Origin: Lama guanicoe
Lineage: Eukaryota
Direction: 5' to 3'
DNA length: 64,000 bases
Assembly (NCBI GenBank): GCA_013239625.1
Contig: MU054001.1
Span: forward strand, 7,212,174 to 7,276,173
Part shown: in pieces, positions 24,055-37,000 of the stretch
Position numbering within the stretch: the first letter of the stretch is position 1
Layout of the letters: each line of letters opens with the position of its first letter
Notes under the pieces: generated by a model
The model's database searches: none
What the model saw: only the letters and a program-made list of their open reading frames with translations
What the model was told of the DNA's origin: nothing
Translations under genes and position numbers: made by a program

Positions 24055-25914
24055 GTAGTGCACAATGCTCATGAGAATGAATGAAGGGACACAGAGGAGC
24101 GAAGAGTCTGTAGGCAAGACAAGTAAGCAGAGTGCCCTGCTGTCCCTGGGCTCACCCTAGTGATTCTCAGGACTCAGGGTCGAGACCGAGCCTGGACCCT
24201 CCCACAGTGGGGTCAGAGTCGGGCATGGAGCCCAAGGCAGGGCAGCTTTGCCTGCTAACTCCACGGAAACTTTGCGGTTGTAGTCCTGGCTCAGGGACCT
24301 GGGGGGCTCAGGGCCTCTCTGGAAAAGACAAAGGTGTGTCCAGTTCTAAAATTCCATCTCAGCTCATGAAGCAAGATAAGGCTCCTTTGAGCACCTCTGT
24401 GCTCCCATACCCCTTGTGCAAACCTCTGCTACTCGATTGGCAGTTAAGGCCCGAACTATGGTTCTGTGTGATCTTATTCTGTGCCTGGTGGGCAGTGACA
24501 GCTGAAAAATGTTCGTTGAAGGACTAACTCTATGAACAAATGAGTGAGTGGAAGGAATCAGGTCTGCAAGCCCCAGGTGGTGCTGGGAGTCTGAGTCTTG
24601 GTGGATTCTGTGGTCCACACAGTGGCCATGCAGTGTGGTGTGGTTCCCTAAAAAGCTGACTGGTTTTAGCTCAGCCCCTCTCAGAACAAATGGGTGGAGT
24701 TCCCAGGTGGCAGGTTGTATGAAAGGCTGAGGGAGCTCCCTTGATGTCTCCCTTTCAACCAGAGAGATCATCTGTGTCGTGAAATGGCCCTTGGAAAGCT
24801 CTCTGTGAAAATCCTCGGTCTGAATGGGATAAAACAAGAATTGAGGACTTGATCAAGGGCAGTGGTGACTCCTTCCAGTTAACCCTGGTGGAACCCCTCC
24901 TGTGTATGGGTGGGTGGATCAGGTGGTGGTCAGCCACACCCGAGCTTGTGAGTTTTCTTCCAGCCCCTCCTGAACTGTTCTCTAACCATGCTCTGTAATC
25001 TGGGCTCTCCCGTGGGCTGTGAGCCTCTTGCTGGCTGGGGCCATTTCTAAACCCCTGCAGACCCAGCATGCTTCTCACAAGGCTGGCTTCTACTCAGTGT
25101 TTGCCAGGTGAATGATGCTTTTAAAGGTGAGCAGTTTTCCATCATTTTTGCCTTCTTAGAAAGGCTGGAGCTGGAAATCTTGAGGTCTTTTCCTGTGTTT
25201 GATTTCCAGGGGCAAGAAGAGAAAGAACATGCGGTAGTATCCACTGACAGCAAACCAAAGGTCATTACGGTTGTGCTGACGGCAGGCTGTTTTTCACTTG
25301 CCCAAATGACCACTCCCATCATGCCATGCCCATGTTAGATTGTTCAGAGAAACAGATGACACATGTTTTAATACTAAATAAGCTGAAACTGTGCCAGGCT
25401 GGAGGCAGACGTTGTTTGTTTCTTTTTAATTGAAGCATGGTACTTTGAAATGACTCATTGTGGTGGAGAAAGAGGCATGGAGGGGAAGGCGGCATGGCTG
25501 TAACAGGAGATATGAATTAACTATTTCCCAGACATGAATGGCATCTGACCCCTCAGTTACCTGAAGGGAGACTCAGTAAGTCTGGACAGAGAAGTCTTGG
25601 TTTCCAGGTAATATTAGCTTTTCTCCTGAGCCTCTGATGTCTCCATCAAATGTAGCTGTTTAATAAACTTTTATTTTAGCACCAGCAATATGGCAACATT
25701 GAGCTAACCACATTGCTCAGTGCTACACCCTTCTTTGGCTTCCCATAGCTCTCATGGATTTGCTGTTTGTCCTAACTCAGTTGACAGGCCATGTGTCCCT
25801 CCCTCTGCCCATTCTCCAGGCCTGCCTCAGGCTCCTCACCCCATTACTCACCAAACTCCTGCCAAGGCCTTTCCTGTAGCTTTGCTGATATGCCTTCTCA
25901 GAAAGCAACACTGT

Positions 25915-26082
25915 GCTTCTCAGCCCCACCTGGACATCAGAATCACTGGAAGAGCTTAAAAAACTCTGAACACCCAAGTTGCATCCCAGGCCAATGAAAT
26001 CAGACTCTACATGGATAGGACCCAGACACCTTTTTGAAAGCTCTCTGGTGATCCCAGTGTTCAGCTAAGGCTAAGAACCATC
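25915..26082. mobile_element. MER5-family hAT element
   Basis: 'catcagaatcactggaagagcttaaaaa...ccaatgaaatcagactct...gctctctggtgatcccagtgttcagctaaggctaagaacca'. Confidence 0.7.
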
Positions 26083-27999
26083 CTCTGGACATCATGGTAG
26101 AGGTGGTTCACACCTCCTCAAGTGACCTCTTGGAACTGTCCAGGTGGAGTGCAGAGGGGCCAAAGTTCATCAGAAGTCACCACGACCTGACCCTGCGGGA
26201 TTGCTGTGGGAGGACCTCACCTCATCCTGCTGCCCTGTCTCTGCCCTGATTCTGGAAGGTCCCTGTATGGTGCTCTCTTTGTTTATCAGAGAGAGAAACA
26301 GCCCATGGATCAGGCATCTCAGGCAGCTGAGGCTTCGTATGTAGGAATGAGGTAAAATGTCTTGTTTAATGTCATCAAGACAGCAGGAGAAGTAGAGGCC
26401 AGCACTGAGGCTTTAGGATTTTCTGGTGGGAGTGCAGCAGAGCAGGGAGCAATATTGGGAACCTGAATTCATTTGGAAATGCCATCACAGGCAGAACATG
26501 CACCTCTAATTTTGTTTCAGACTCATTCAAGCATTTACTCCCTTTTTATGAAAACCCCACTTCTCATTAATATTACCAGTTTAAAATTACAATCTTCTGT
26601 TGAGCACATCCAAGAAATGACCTTTCTTCATTCTAAATGCTATAAAAATTAAGCTTTCCTAGGCTGTGGGCTGCACTCTTGGGACAGAATTTCTTCTCTC
26701 TCTTTTTTAACACACTGGATATTGCTTTCAAAGTTCTCTAATTGCCTAAATTAGTAATGGCTTTTTTCCCCCTTTGGCTTCTGTAAGAGACAAGTTAATT
26801 TGAATCTCTCTACAGAATTGAATCTCCAGCTATCGCATTCTGATTACTTTTTGGATTCATTATAGAATTTGAAATGATCTGCAAGGTCACCTCTTTCTAC
26901 CCACTCCACACTCCCTTAACTCTACCCCTTCCTTCTGGCCTTCAGCTCAAACAGCTTGGTTGGCAAAAGGAAACAGAAGGAAAGCCCTGGACTTTTCTAT
27001 CCCAGATTGGCCACAAACCCCAAAGGCCAGACAGTTTTCATTACATTGGACGTTTGGTTTTATTATAGAAGGAAGCAATACTCTTTAGGGAAGTTACAAA
27101 CAGGCAAACAAATATGAGCACTTTATATTTTATTGTTAAATGAACAAAGTTTTACCATACTTTTAAAGATATACTTTTCAAAAATACCTGGTTCTTTTTT
27201 AAAATGTGCATGTCATGACTAGTGGGACCTTAGCTAGAAAACACAGAAATGTTTTAAAAAAACAGAGATGCAAAATATACAACAGCAACAAAACTCTGTC
27301 TTCAGTCTCCTCAGGAAAAGGCCCAGTAGTAAGGCTGACAAATTTTTAGATGTGTGAGATGTTCATGTTAAAGGAAATGGAGTCTAGTCATTGACTTTGA
27401 GATTTATAGCCATTTGCTTAATTCAGAGGTTGAGTCTTTGCTAAAATGGGCAGTTAGGCTGATGAAGGAAATTGACTTGTGCTACTTAGTGAGCAATTTC
27501 ATCTTTTTAATATAGAAATAACTGGTGCTGTGGACAGCCTTTTTGTTCTTTAAGAACCCCATAACCAAGAAAGCTTTTGAATGATCATTATACAGTGAAT
27601 GCCCTGAGGCTTTGAAAAATATTTATTTTTTAAATGATCATAAGCTTAAAATAATTCACCAATGCACAGAAGAAAAAAGCAATTAAATGTGAGGCTCTAT
27701 GCTCTGGCAAATTTTCCCTGCTGAAAATAATTAGATATTTTTTCCTTTTTTTAAGTAATAAAGCCCAAAGAGATTTAATGATCTTATTGCTTATAGATAT
27801 GAGGCTTAAATATATTTCTTATCTTAAATTTGATGTTAGAGTAACAAGATTATAGCAAATGACATAATGTGATTGGGAGAAGTATAGTTTCATTAACGTA
27901 TAACATACCAAATTAAGTATCATATAAATTCTCAAAATCAGCACTAGGTTCTGAATTTAAATTTTGCACTGTGAGAAGGGATATTTGGAGTAAGTTACA

Positions 28000-28335
28000 C
28001 AGGTGGAGGTATTTCCTATGTGCTCTGCACATTTCCCAGATTCCTTGCATTCGGGGTGTCCCACCGTATGATTAGTTCTGACCAATGGGCTGTAAGCAGA
28101 AATACCAAAGCATTGAAGAACTGACCCACAGTCCCCAGTTCTCTACTTTCCTTTTTCGGTGACCTGGAAGTCAACTTTTGAAATGGTACCACAGGTGTGA
28201 AGGCGCTGGCACGTTGAGTCACTGCCCAGAGGACAGCTATGCCGCAGAACTGTCTGGTCAGTATCATAATTTACATTAGCAAGAAATCAACTTTTCCCAC
28301 TACGGTGGGATAGCCTAGGCTCTCCTGACTGGTAA
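28000..28335 (+). mobile_element. MLT1-type MaLR LTR, degraded
   Basis: 'cacatttcccagattccttgca...tagttctgaccaatgggctgtaagcagaa...gttgagtcactgcccagaggacagct...agcaagaaatcaactt'. Confidence 0.65.
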
Positions 28336-29245
28336 TCCCATCAGAGTTGTTGAGAGGCGCTGATGGATTTCAAAGTCCTCTTTGCACAGCGCTTTGTAGT
28401 TTTCTGCCATAAAGAAAGACTTGCTCTTACTGAAAGATCACCAAACCTGCACAGTCAGGCAAAATACCCACTTAATGACTCCTGCAGAGAGGCCAGATAG
28501 CTAATTCAAGGAGAATCAGTGCACCCTGTGCTTCTTTCAATGGCAGACTTTCACGCTCCCACCTGCCTTGAGTAGGTAGTCTGTTCAGTTTGCTGAGGGT
28601 CCCTCTGAAGCCCCATGGTGAGCATCACTTTTGGCACCAAGACCACCCTTTAAGACTTGAAGGAAGAGGTCCTGGTCTCTTGGTCGTTGCCCCATGACAC
28701 TGCTATACGACTATCACAATTTCAGAGGCGTGATGAGGTTCCAGGCACTGGGATGGCCCACTGTCTTGGAGAGGCCATATGCACATTCTAACCAGAGGCC
28801 TTTTTACCACATTCATTCCCAGAATCAACTCTTTTTTTCATGTCTAAACAATTTTGTTTGATACCTCCCCTCCCCCCAGTGAGGAACAGAGAGGCTGGTT
28901 GACTTCCCCCTGGGGAGCAGAACGTAATATATCTGCCTTCTCTTTGAATTTAAACAGCTTTGATACAACTCTTATGTGACTATATGTCCTTGTCCACCTT
29001 CTTCCTATTGAGAGATTTTTAAGGGGGTCTGACTTCAGCCATTAGTAACAATGAGGAAAATTAAAGTTTAGATTTCATAAATTATTTAAAAATATTATAA
29101 CCAGGCTTACCTTATAATTTAATAATCAGCAATGTAGATATAGAGCTTTCTAGAGCTAAATGATTTCCTTTGGAAGTAAACCAAAGTGAAAACTATAAGT
29201 TACATTTGTTTAAATTTTTCTGCCATGTTATTAATGGCCAGACTT

Positions 29246-29503
29246 ATTTATTTATTAATTTTTTTGCTATATATGAATTGGCTTTTATTATTAATCATAA
29301 TTACTTGCTGCACAATTTATTGAGGACCTACTAAGCACTGTGACTACAGTGACTTTTAAATTGTAATAATAACTACATTCATAATTTTCTTTTCTTTTTT
29401 TAACATTTTTTGAATTGAGTTATAGTCGTTTTACAATGTTGTGTCAAATTCCAGTGTAGAGTACAATTTTTCAGTTATACATGAATGTACATATAGTCGT
29501 CAC
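29246..29503 (-). mobile_element. 5'-truncated LINE-1 carrying a ~120-bp 3' transduction
   Basis: L1 end 29402-29503, first A-tract 29385-29401, unique segment 29266-29384, second A-tract 29246-29265. TSD aatggcc(ag/ga)actt at 29233-29245 and 29504-29516. Confidence 0.82.
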
Positions 29504-31130
29504 AATGGCCGAACTTGTAACCATTCAATAAACAAAGTATGATGGTGAAGCATGTAAAACCCTGGCCTCACATCTAGTCTCCTCCATTTACTGTGTGATC
29601 TTGGCCACATCACGTCACCTCTTTGCATCTTCACCCTCTAACTATAAAAGGCGGCTAGTAAGACAGCCTTCCTCAGACAGTTGTCAGTTAATCATCATCT
29701 TTATTAATGTACTCAGAACCGTGCCTTGAATGTGGAAGCATCAGCAGCTGCTCTTATCATTATTATTATGTTGGAAAGATAGAAAAAAAGAGGCTAGGAT
29801 TGTTTATGGTAAGCTGTTATGAGAAAAATAAGGAAGTAAAATGTCCCCACGGCCATTCATCTTTCATTTTTCCTTCCTACTCTAATTGTGATATGGAAGG
29901 CAAAAGTGCAGAAGCTCCCCTGCTCTGTTTGTGTATGTGTGTTGTATATGTGCCCCTGCGTGAGTGCATGTACACACAAAAGGGTGCTCTGTAGGGCCTG
30001 GCAGTGGCAGGGGAGGTGCCATCTTTTCCCATAGGTCTGAAGGCTGCTGCTGGTATAATGAGCAGTGATTGGTTATCTATGCAGTAGCTCCTGGGCTGAA
30101 ATGGTTGAGGGGCCCAGATAAAATCGGTTATCTCCCTCGTATGTTGAAAAGGTGATTGGGGGTAGATAGTGAATAGCAGGCTTGTCAGGAATTATAACAA
30201 GGGGGAAAGGCCTCCTGCTAGTGCCAGACAGTGTGAGAGTCTGGGAACAGGAATGGGGATCCCTCCTTGTCAGCTGCATATGCCTTGTCACTCTGAGGAG
30301 GCAGCTAAACTGAGATCTACATTCGAAAAGACGTTTCTCAAATCTTGTTTCTAGTCCTTTTGGGGTGTAGGAGATGTGGACTGATTGTTTCAGTGTTGGG
30401 GGGACCCTGCCTGAACCTGTGTTGCGAGCAGGGCAAGGAGAGGGTATTTCTCTAGAGCCCTCACCCTGTATTGCAGTGTTGGAATGCAATTTGCAGAGCC
30501 TGGAGGAAAAGTGCAGTGTAACCTCGGTACCCTTGGAATGACAGGAAGTGGTGGAAATCAGGTTGGAGAATCTTGTTTGCTATATGGGGGCAGGAGTGGG
30601 ACAGGCGTGCCTTTTCTTGTGTGCTAAACTTGACAGGCATAAATGATGTAGTGTGGATGAATGTACAGCTTAGCATCTGCCATCTGGGAGGGAAACACAG
30701 TCAGGCATCTTATTAACCATGTGGGGATTAGCCGAGTGGTAGGATAAACTAGGCATGACATTTTCCAATGCTGCTCGTACTGTTGGGGAGAACGTTTTCA
30801 GTTGTACAGAGCTGCTGCCGTCAGAAGCTTCAGATGTAGCTGTTGGAAAATTAACTAACCCAATACAGGATCTATTTACATATTTGAAAGAGACTGGATA
30901 ATAACCTCTCACATTTGTGTAGGGTGCTACATTTTTGCAAGGGCTTTCCCTTTTAGTTCCTTACATGATTCTTACACAAACTTTTGGGGCCTCCAAACAG
31001 ATGTTGCTGCCCAGTTCTCTGGATGTGAAGAGAGTTTTGTGTGGAGTACTGGATTTGCAATTGAACTGTGCAACCACACAGTCGAGTGTGTCACTAACTG
31101 CTCTGTGCCTCAGTTTCATGTCCGTAAAGG

Positions 31131-31318
31131 TCAGGGGTTGGACTATTGACATTCCCAGGCAGGATAATTCTTTGTTGAGGTACCAGCCTGTGCACTGTAA
31201 GATGTTTAACAGCGTCTCTGGCCTCTACTCACTAGATGCCAGTAGCATCCCCTCCCCCAGTAATGACAAGAAAAATGTCTCCAGACATTTCCAACTGCCC
31301 CCTGGGGAGTAACCTCTG
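31131..31318. mobile_element. MER20 hAT-Charlie element
   Basis: 'actattgacatt...ggataattctttgttg...ctggcctctactcactagatgccagtagca...aaaaatgtctccagacatt'. Confidence 0.85.
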
Positions 31319-31439
31319 TTATAGATAATGCCATATTAATGCACTAGGTGATCTGGATTTTAATTTTTCTACGTACCTGCCACTGGGAGTTACCAGGGAC
31401 AGGCAATTTGCTATGTCAAAGATTCCAAGCAACCAATTT

Positions 31440-31930
31440 TACTGAGCATTTTTGTAATGATAGCTGACATCGAGTACCTATCATGTCCTTGGTACTTGCT
31501 GGGTATGTCTTATACAGATGTAGGCATTCTTTTTTTTTTTTAATCTGAATTTTAACCTTTCTTAATCTCCATTTTAAAGGTAAGGAACCAAGGGCTCAGA
31601 GAGGATGTGCAGTTTTATTGATGTAAACTGGGATTCAAACATGGATCTGTCTGATACTGTAAACTCGCACTCATTTTCATGTTGGCGTGGTTAAGGGTGT
31701 GGCAGGAGCCTGGCTGCCTGGGTTCAAATCCTGGCAGATCAGCTCTGTGAGCTTAGGTGGGCTATTTAGCTTCCCACCAAGCCTACGAAGTCACTATTAC
31801 TATTAGCTTGATTTTACTTATGAGGAAATTGAAGCTTTGAGAGGTTAAGTGACTTAATATGTGTAAAATGGAAATGTGTACAAAATGTGAAACTGTGACT
31901 GGCACATAGTAAGTGCTATGTCAGTGTTTA
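31440..31930. mobile_element. Cluster of MIR fragments in both orientations
   Basis: 'ccattttaaaggtaaggaaccaagggctcagagagg', 'ggctgcctgggttcaaatcctggc', 'tgaggaaattgaagctttgagaggttaagtgactt', 'ctggcacatagtaagtgct'. Confidence 0.7.
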
Positions 31931-32077
31931 TTAAAAAATAAACAAAGAAACTCTCTATCTCTAATTTTGCTAATACCTGGTTGAGTCACAAAGGAAACGA
32001 AAGGCCTGATTTCTAGGCTACTTGGAGTAGCCAGAAATAGCCAGGTTGGCAGGAGTCGGGCCTGGTGCACATGGTCC

Positions 32078-32506
32078 TGCAGTGGATAGATGGGCGCTTC
32101 CCCCGGGTCCCTCCTGGTGAGACCACTCTTCAGCGTCTGAACTTTTCCACTTCTAATGGCCACACCTGTGTCTCTCTGTGGTGACCCACCGTTGGGCTTT
32201 GCTCCTAGGTGTGGAGTGCTGGGAGTGAGATTCTCGGGGGTTCTTGTCCCCCAGCCTGGCCTACAGCATTGCCTCTTGTGTTGGCCGTGGAAGTTCAGAT
32301 GCTTTCATTGCCAGTCAGGATAAACTCTAAGATGTACGTCATACTTCAGAGTTAGGCCACAGAATCGGGCTGAGAAATCAGGCTCGTTCTTGGTTTCTCC
32401 CTAGTCTCTGTCCTTCTTCCCCAGCTCCCTTCCTGGTTCTCCTGAGAGCACTTCTCACAAATTCATGGCACAGAAGTCTTGCTTTTGGGGAGCCCAACCT
32501 CAGGCA
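32078..32506 (+). mobile_element. LTR16-like ERVL solo LTR
   Basis: 'tcaggataaactctaagatgtac...ccttcttccccagctcccttcctggttctcctgagagcacttc...gcttttggggagcccaacctcaggca' resembles the LTR16 3' half. Confidence 0.65.
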
Positions 32507-32852
32507 GGCTCCAGGGTCAAAGGGTGGCCATGAACAGAGAGGTTGCTTTTCTACTCTCTCTGGTTCACATGTATCGTTAGTTTATTGTAGCTACTCTCTA
32601 GGCTGATGTTTGATAAACAGGATACAGTCTGAAGACGAGAGAGCTATAAACTGTGAAATGTGGCTCCTGGGTGCTTGGGTGTCTGGAGGGAGGCCATTCT
32701 GGACCAGGAGATCAGAGGGGCTGGGGCTGGGTGGGGCTTGGCACCAGGTGGAAGCCACAGAAATGACCTCCTCCCTGCTGAGCCAAGGGGCCTCTGGGAC
32801 TGGTGATCTGGTGATGCAGAAATTCAAAGTGTGTGCATCTGATTTTCATCCT

Positions 32853-32970
32853 TTTTTTCAGGGGCATTAATTATGTTTGTTTACTTTATTTATAATGGAG
32901 GTACTGGGGATTGAACCCAGGACCTCATGCATGCTAAGCATGTGCTCTAGCACGGAGCTCTACCCTCCCC
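32853..32970 (-). mobile_element. tRNA-derived SINE (Vic-1-like)
   Basis: A/B boxes on the minus strand; degenerate TSD tgattttcatcct (32840-32852) / tgattttagtcct (32975-32987). Confidence 0.88.
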
Positions 32971-33544
32971 GCCTTGATTTTAGTCCTCTCTTGGCATTTG
33001 CGTAAAACCAATTGAGCCTGAAGTAAAATTTTACAGTGCTCTCTCAGAGAGATGTGGCCATGGGGGCCGGGCTCTCTGCTGCCACTCTGACAGTCACCCC
33101 CAGTGCATCTGCTCTTTGTCAGACTCAAGCCCTCCGATGAGGTGGGGGAGCATTTTGAGGGCGAGCTGAAGGCTGCCCTGAGTTTTTGCCAGGACTGAGA
33201 GACCTGGTCTCCTGACTCTGAAACCACAGCTGTTACCGCCACACTTCTGTTTCTATTTATTTATTTATTTAAACTCCTACCTTAGGCTTCCTTAAGCTAT
33301 GGCACCAAAGTCAGTAAGTTCATTGTTATCTTTTCTTTCACTCTAAAATCATCTACTGTGTGCCAGGCCCTGGGTAACGTGGAGAGAGCTATGTAAGGGG
33401 AACGCCCCAGGGACTTTCCTGCGAATGTGGTCGTGAGTACCCAGGGAGGTGGGGAGTCACAGGGGGCCTTCTGCTAAATGCTGTGAAGCCAGGCTTTTGA
33501 CCAGTGGTACTGATGAAATGGTAGTGGCTCATGAAGCATCCCTA

Positions 33545-33830
33545 CTTGAACTTGGCTCGGTAGGGGTCACAGATCTTTTGGAACATTTTGAATTTGCTGC
33601 CTGGCTTTTGTAAGTTGGGAGTTTTCACATTGCATCCAGATTTGCAGTGTGTCTTGGAAAAAAAATGGTAATACTAGGCCTGTATTCCACTCTGTATTCT
33701 ACTCTGGGTCTAAATAGAAGTTGCTTCCTTTAGGTCAGGGCACACGCATGCCAGTTTGCCCCAGTCCTCACCACTCTCTGTGGCCTTATGCCTGCTCTGT
33801 GTCACCCGTTCTGTCTTGCCTGGAGGCTGT
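33545..33830. mobile_element. MER102-like hAT-Charlie element
   Basis: 'gggagttttcacattgcatccagattt...cctttaggtcagggcac...ccagtttgccccagtcctcaccactc'. Confidence 0.6.
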
Positions 33831-34070
33831 AGGCAGTGCAGCATCAGGACCAAGAGACACGCTTGGCAATTTGTGTATTTGAGTCCCTGCCTTTCTGCTG
33901 CCCTGCCATGTGCCTTGGGCCAGTTGCTTTATCTTTCTGTGCTATAGGGTTCTCATCTATAAAAGGAGGCTAAAATAGAGCCCACTACAGGTTGTTGAGG
34001 GAAGAGAGGAGTTATTATTTACAAACAGCTTAGAACTGAGCCTGGCACACTGTCCACACTCAGCATGTGC
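33830..34070 (+). mobile_element. MIR SINE
   Basis: 'tgtgccttgggccagttgctttatctttctgtgc...tctcatctataaaa...gcttagaactgagcctggcacac'. Confidence 0.7.
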
Positions 34071-37000
34071 TCTCCCTCATCGCTCTCCCTCATCCCTCAC
34101 CCACCCAGGGTCAGACTGTGGCTGCTACTTGGCAGCCACTCTGCACCGTGGTCTCCTTGGGACTTTGGTAGGATCTGGTAGTAATGATTGAGCTTATTTG
34201 AGCTACCTCCTGGGCCTCTGGGAAAAAAAGATAACCTCTCTGAGTCCAGATCCCTTTTTGGGAACTGAGGGGTAGCATATGGATTCGTGTCTGGATGCTA
34301 AAGGGGACCCGAAAGCATGTAGACTTTCCCCCAAAGGGGACTTGCCATCTAGAAGCTCAGGAAATACCTATAGTGAAGAACCAGGTTAAAAAAAATAGTT
34401 TCTGACTTGCTCTCAGAAGGATCAAATAAAAAGCTGCTTCTGGAAGTGGGCAAATCCATCTCCTTACAAAGCTGTCATCTCTCTTGGCTCTGGAAGGAAG
34501 AAGGAAGATAAGAAAAGGCAGAGAAGACTGACAGTTTGTTTGTTGCTATTCTGGCGGCATCCCCTCCTTGGGCAGTCACATCCATTTCATTCCACCCTAG
34601 TCAGTCTATTTTCACCAGGCAGTGGTGCAAAAATGTCTGTGTACTCCAATTTTATTGTAGCCAGGCAGCATTTACGGATTTGACTTTCAACTGACCACGA
34701 CAGGAATTCTGAAAGCAATTATAACCGACACCTGCTCTATCTGTGCTTTGGGCAGCCAATGACTGATTCCAGGCCTCACACGCACGAGTGTGTTTCCTAT
34801 CAGCTCAGAATAATAGCAGTGACACCTCGCTTCCTCGCTCTCTGATGGAACTCACTGCACTTTGCTCTGAAAACCCTCAAACGATCGGCATTTCTTTGGG
34901 TGAAGATATCAAATTAGTGCCTGGAAGGGAAAAATGTAGAAGAGGGTTACTGTTGCTGTTAAAAGACAAGTTTAAACCGCTTCCACTGACCATGTTTCAT
35001 AAGTGGAAGGTAGATAAAACTATTGACCCAAAATTGAACAGACTCTGAATTTAGACAGGCAATGCTTGTGGTCTTGAATGTGCCATGATTGAGGCTGGAG
35101 AAAGGACACGGTTTCTGTAGCAGTGATTTCCATCCAGGATGTGTCTCACTGGTGTGCAAAATGCTTTTTGATTTTGGGCAAATATCTATTTCCACTTGCT
35201 GTCAGGCTTTGCTGGAGAGCTGAGGGACTCCGGGAGGATGGGGGCACCTAGGGGCCGGGCTGAGCTCAGGAAATCATGAATAAAGGGCTTTTTCTCACTT
35301 GGGGGCAGGCCAGGTTCACAGCTGTCCTGTGTAATAATAACTCCCAGGCTCTTGCTTCTGAGCCTTGGCAAACCTGAGTCCTAAGGGCAGATGAAGGTGA
35401 GAAACACAAGGAGCTCAGGGCACTTCTTGGCTACTGTCCTGCATAGCTCGGTTTTACTTGGGCCCCAGTTTTACTGTCCTTCTGTTTTACAGGGAGCCAA
35501 AAACAGCTATACAGAGGGCCAGATGGGCCACAGCCCCTAGGTGGACAGCTTGGGCACAGCAGAGGAGAAGAGGGAGAGCAGCAGGACAGAGACTCATGGC
35601 TGCGAGGTTAAACACACAAGTTCTGGAGGTAGCTCTGCCTGGGAGCACCCCCACCACATTTCCCACCTGCCAGGCAACAAGGGCTACCAGGCCCAGAATG
35701 TATCTTACATGTGCTCTTGAATCTCAGAGTAAGAGTTGGGCTGAAAGTGTTTAAGAACAAGGAAGAAACTTGGCCTGTGAGTTCACTCTCTGATTCAGAC
35801 GTTCCAAAGAGCTTCATGCTCAGACATTTCAATACTCAAAGCCCAGCAGGGAAAGTGAACGACGCCGTCTTCCTCCTCGTCCCTTCGTGGATTTCCAAGG
35901 GGCCACCCTGAGCTGATGCCACTTAGGTCAGGTTTAAAGATGTCCTGGTTCTGAGGGACTTGCTGTGATTCCTTCTCTTGTAGGAAGGCTCCATTTCTCA
36001 TCTTGTGACAAAAAGCAGTGCACTGAGGTCAGTGAACCCACACCTTTCCCCATGACCTTTGCCCTTCTCTGGATATCCTACTCACCTGCAAGTGCTGAAC
36101 CACTCATGTCCTGAGATTATTCTCCTTTCTAGCAAGAAACATCTGAACATTTTTCAGAACCCTTCTGTGTCCTGGAATCCCGTTTTCTGTTTTTCCAGCT
36201 TCAGACATCCTACACACCATGGTGCACAAACTCCAATGCCAGTAAACCCAGGAAGGGAACATTAGTGAGTACGGTAGTTGTAAGTGGTAATAGGGGGCGG
36301 TGGGGACTGTGACCGCCTGAGGAGCCCATATGCTGTCTAAATGGGACAACTCCATCTCAATGTTGCCATCTGAGAATAATGGGCCCAGTCTTGCAAGAAA
36401 TCCTTATTTTAATGCAAAACTTCCCAATTACACATAAAATTAATTCAACATTGCAATAAACACCCAATAAGCCAAAGTAAACCTGTTTTCCAGACATTCA
36501 GTGTTTAATTTCTGCTTTGGAAATTGAAGCAATTGTAGGGTGCCTGGGGAAGAAGGGACATAATCCAAATGGCCATGGATGAGATGAAGCAGGGGCAACT
36601 AGTTATGAAATGGTGTCTGAATCATTCTAGGGAAAGGATGGTGAGGGCCAGAAAATAATAACAAAGATGACATGGATTCAAAAAATATTTCTGAAAATTA
36701 TTGAGCTTGGGGAAGGGTGAAGACAGATAGGTTGAGAATGGCTCTGATGTACAGTTCTAGAGCCATGACCCCTGGCCCTCAATCAGGCCTGCTAATACCC
36801 TTTTATGCTGCCTAGTTCTCTTATCCTTGCCTAGTTCCCTTAATTTATTGTTGCTGCCATTCCGGGAGCAGCCACCAAACCCAGGCACTTTTTGCAAAGA
36901 CAAGAACATGTCCCTCTACCACAAAGAGCAGGTAGTTTCAGGATGATGGATCTGAGATACCACGGAAAGCAAATTTGTTACCTTCTGCAGTGCACAAAAC

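Noticed and set aside
35491..35606. Exon-like segment after 'ccttctgttttacag'
   Set aside because: The acceptor is good but the donor (GAG|GTTAAA) is poor and the peptide unrecognisable; insufficient support.
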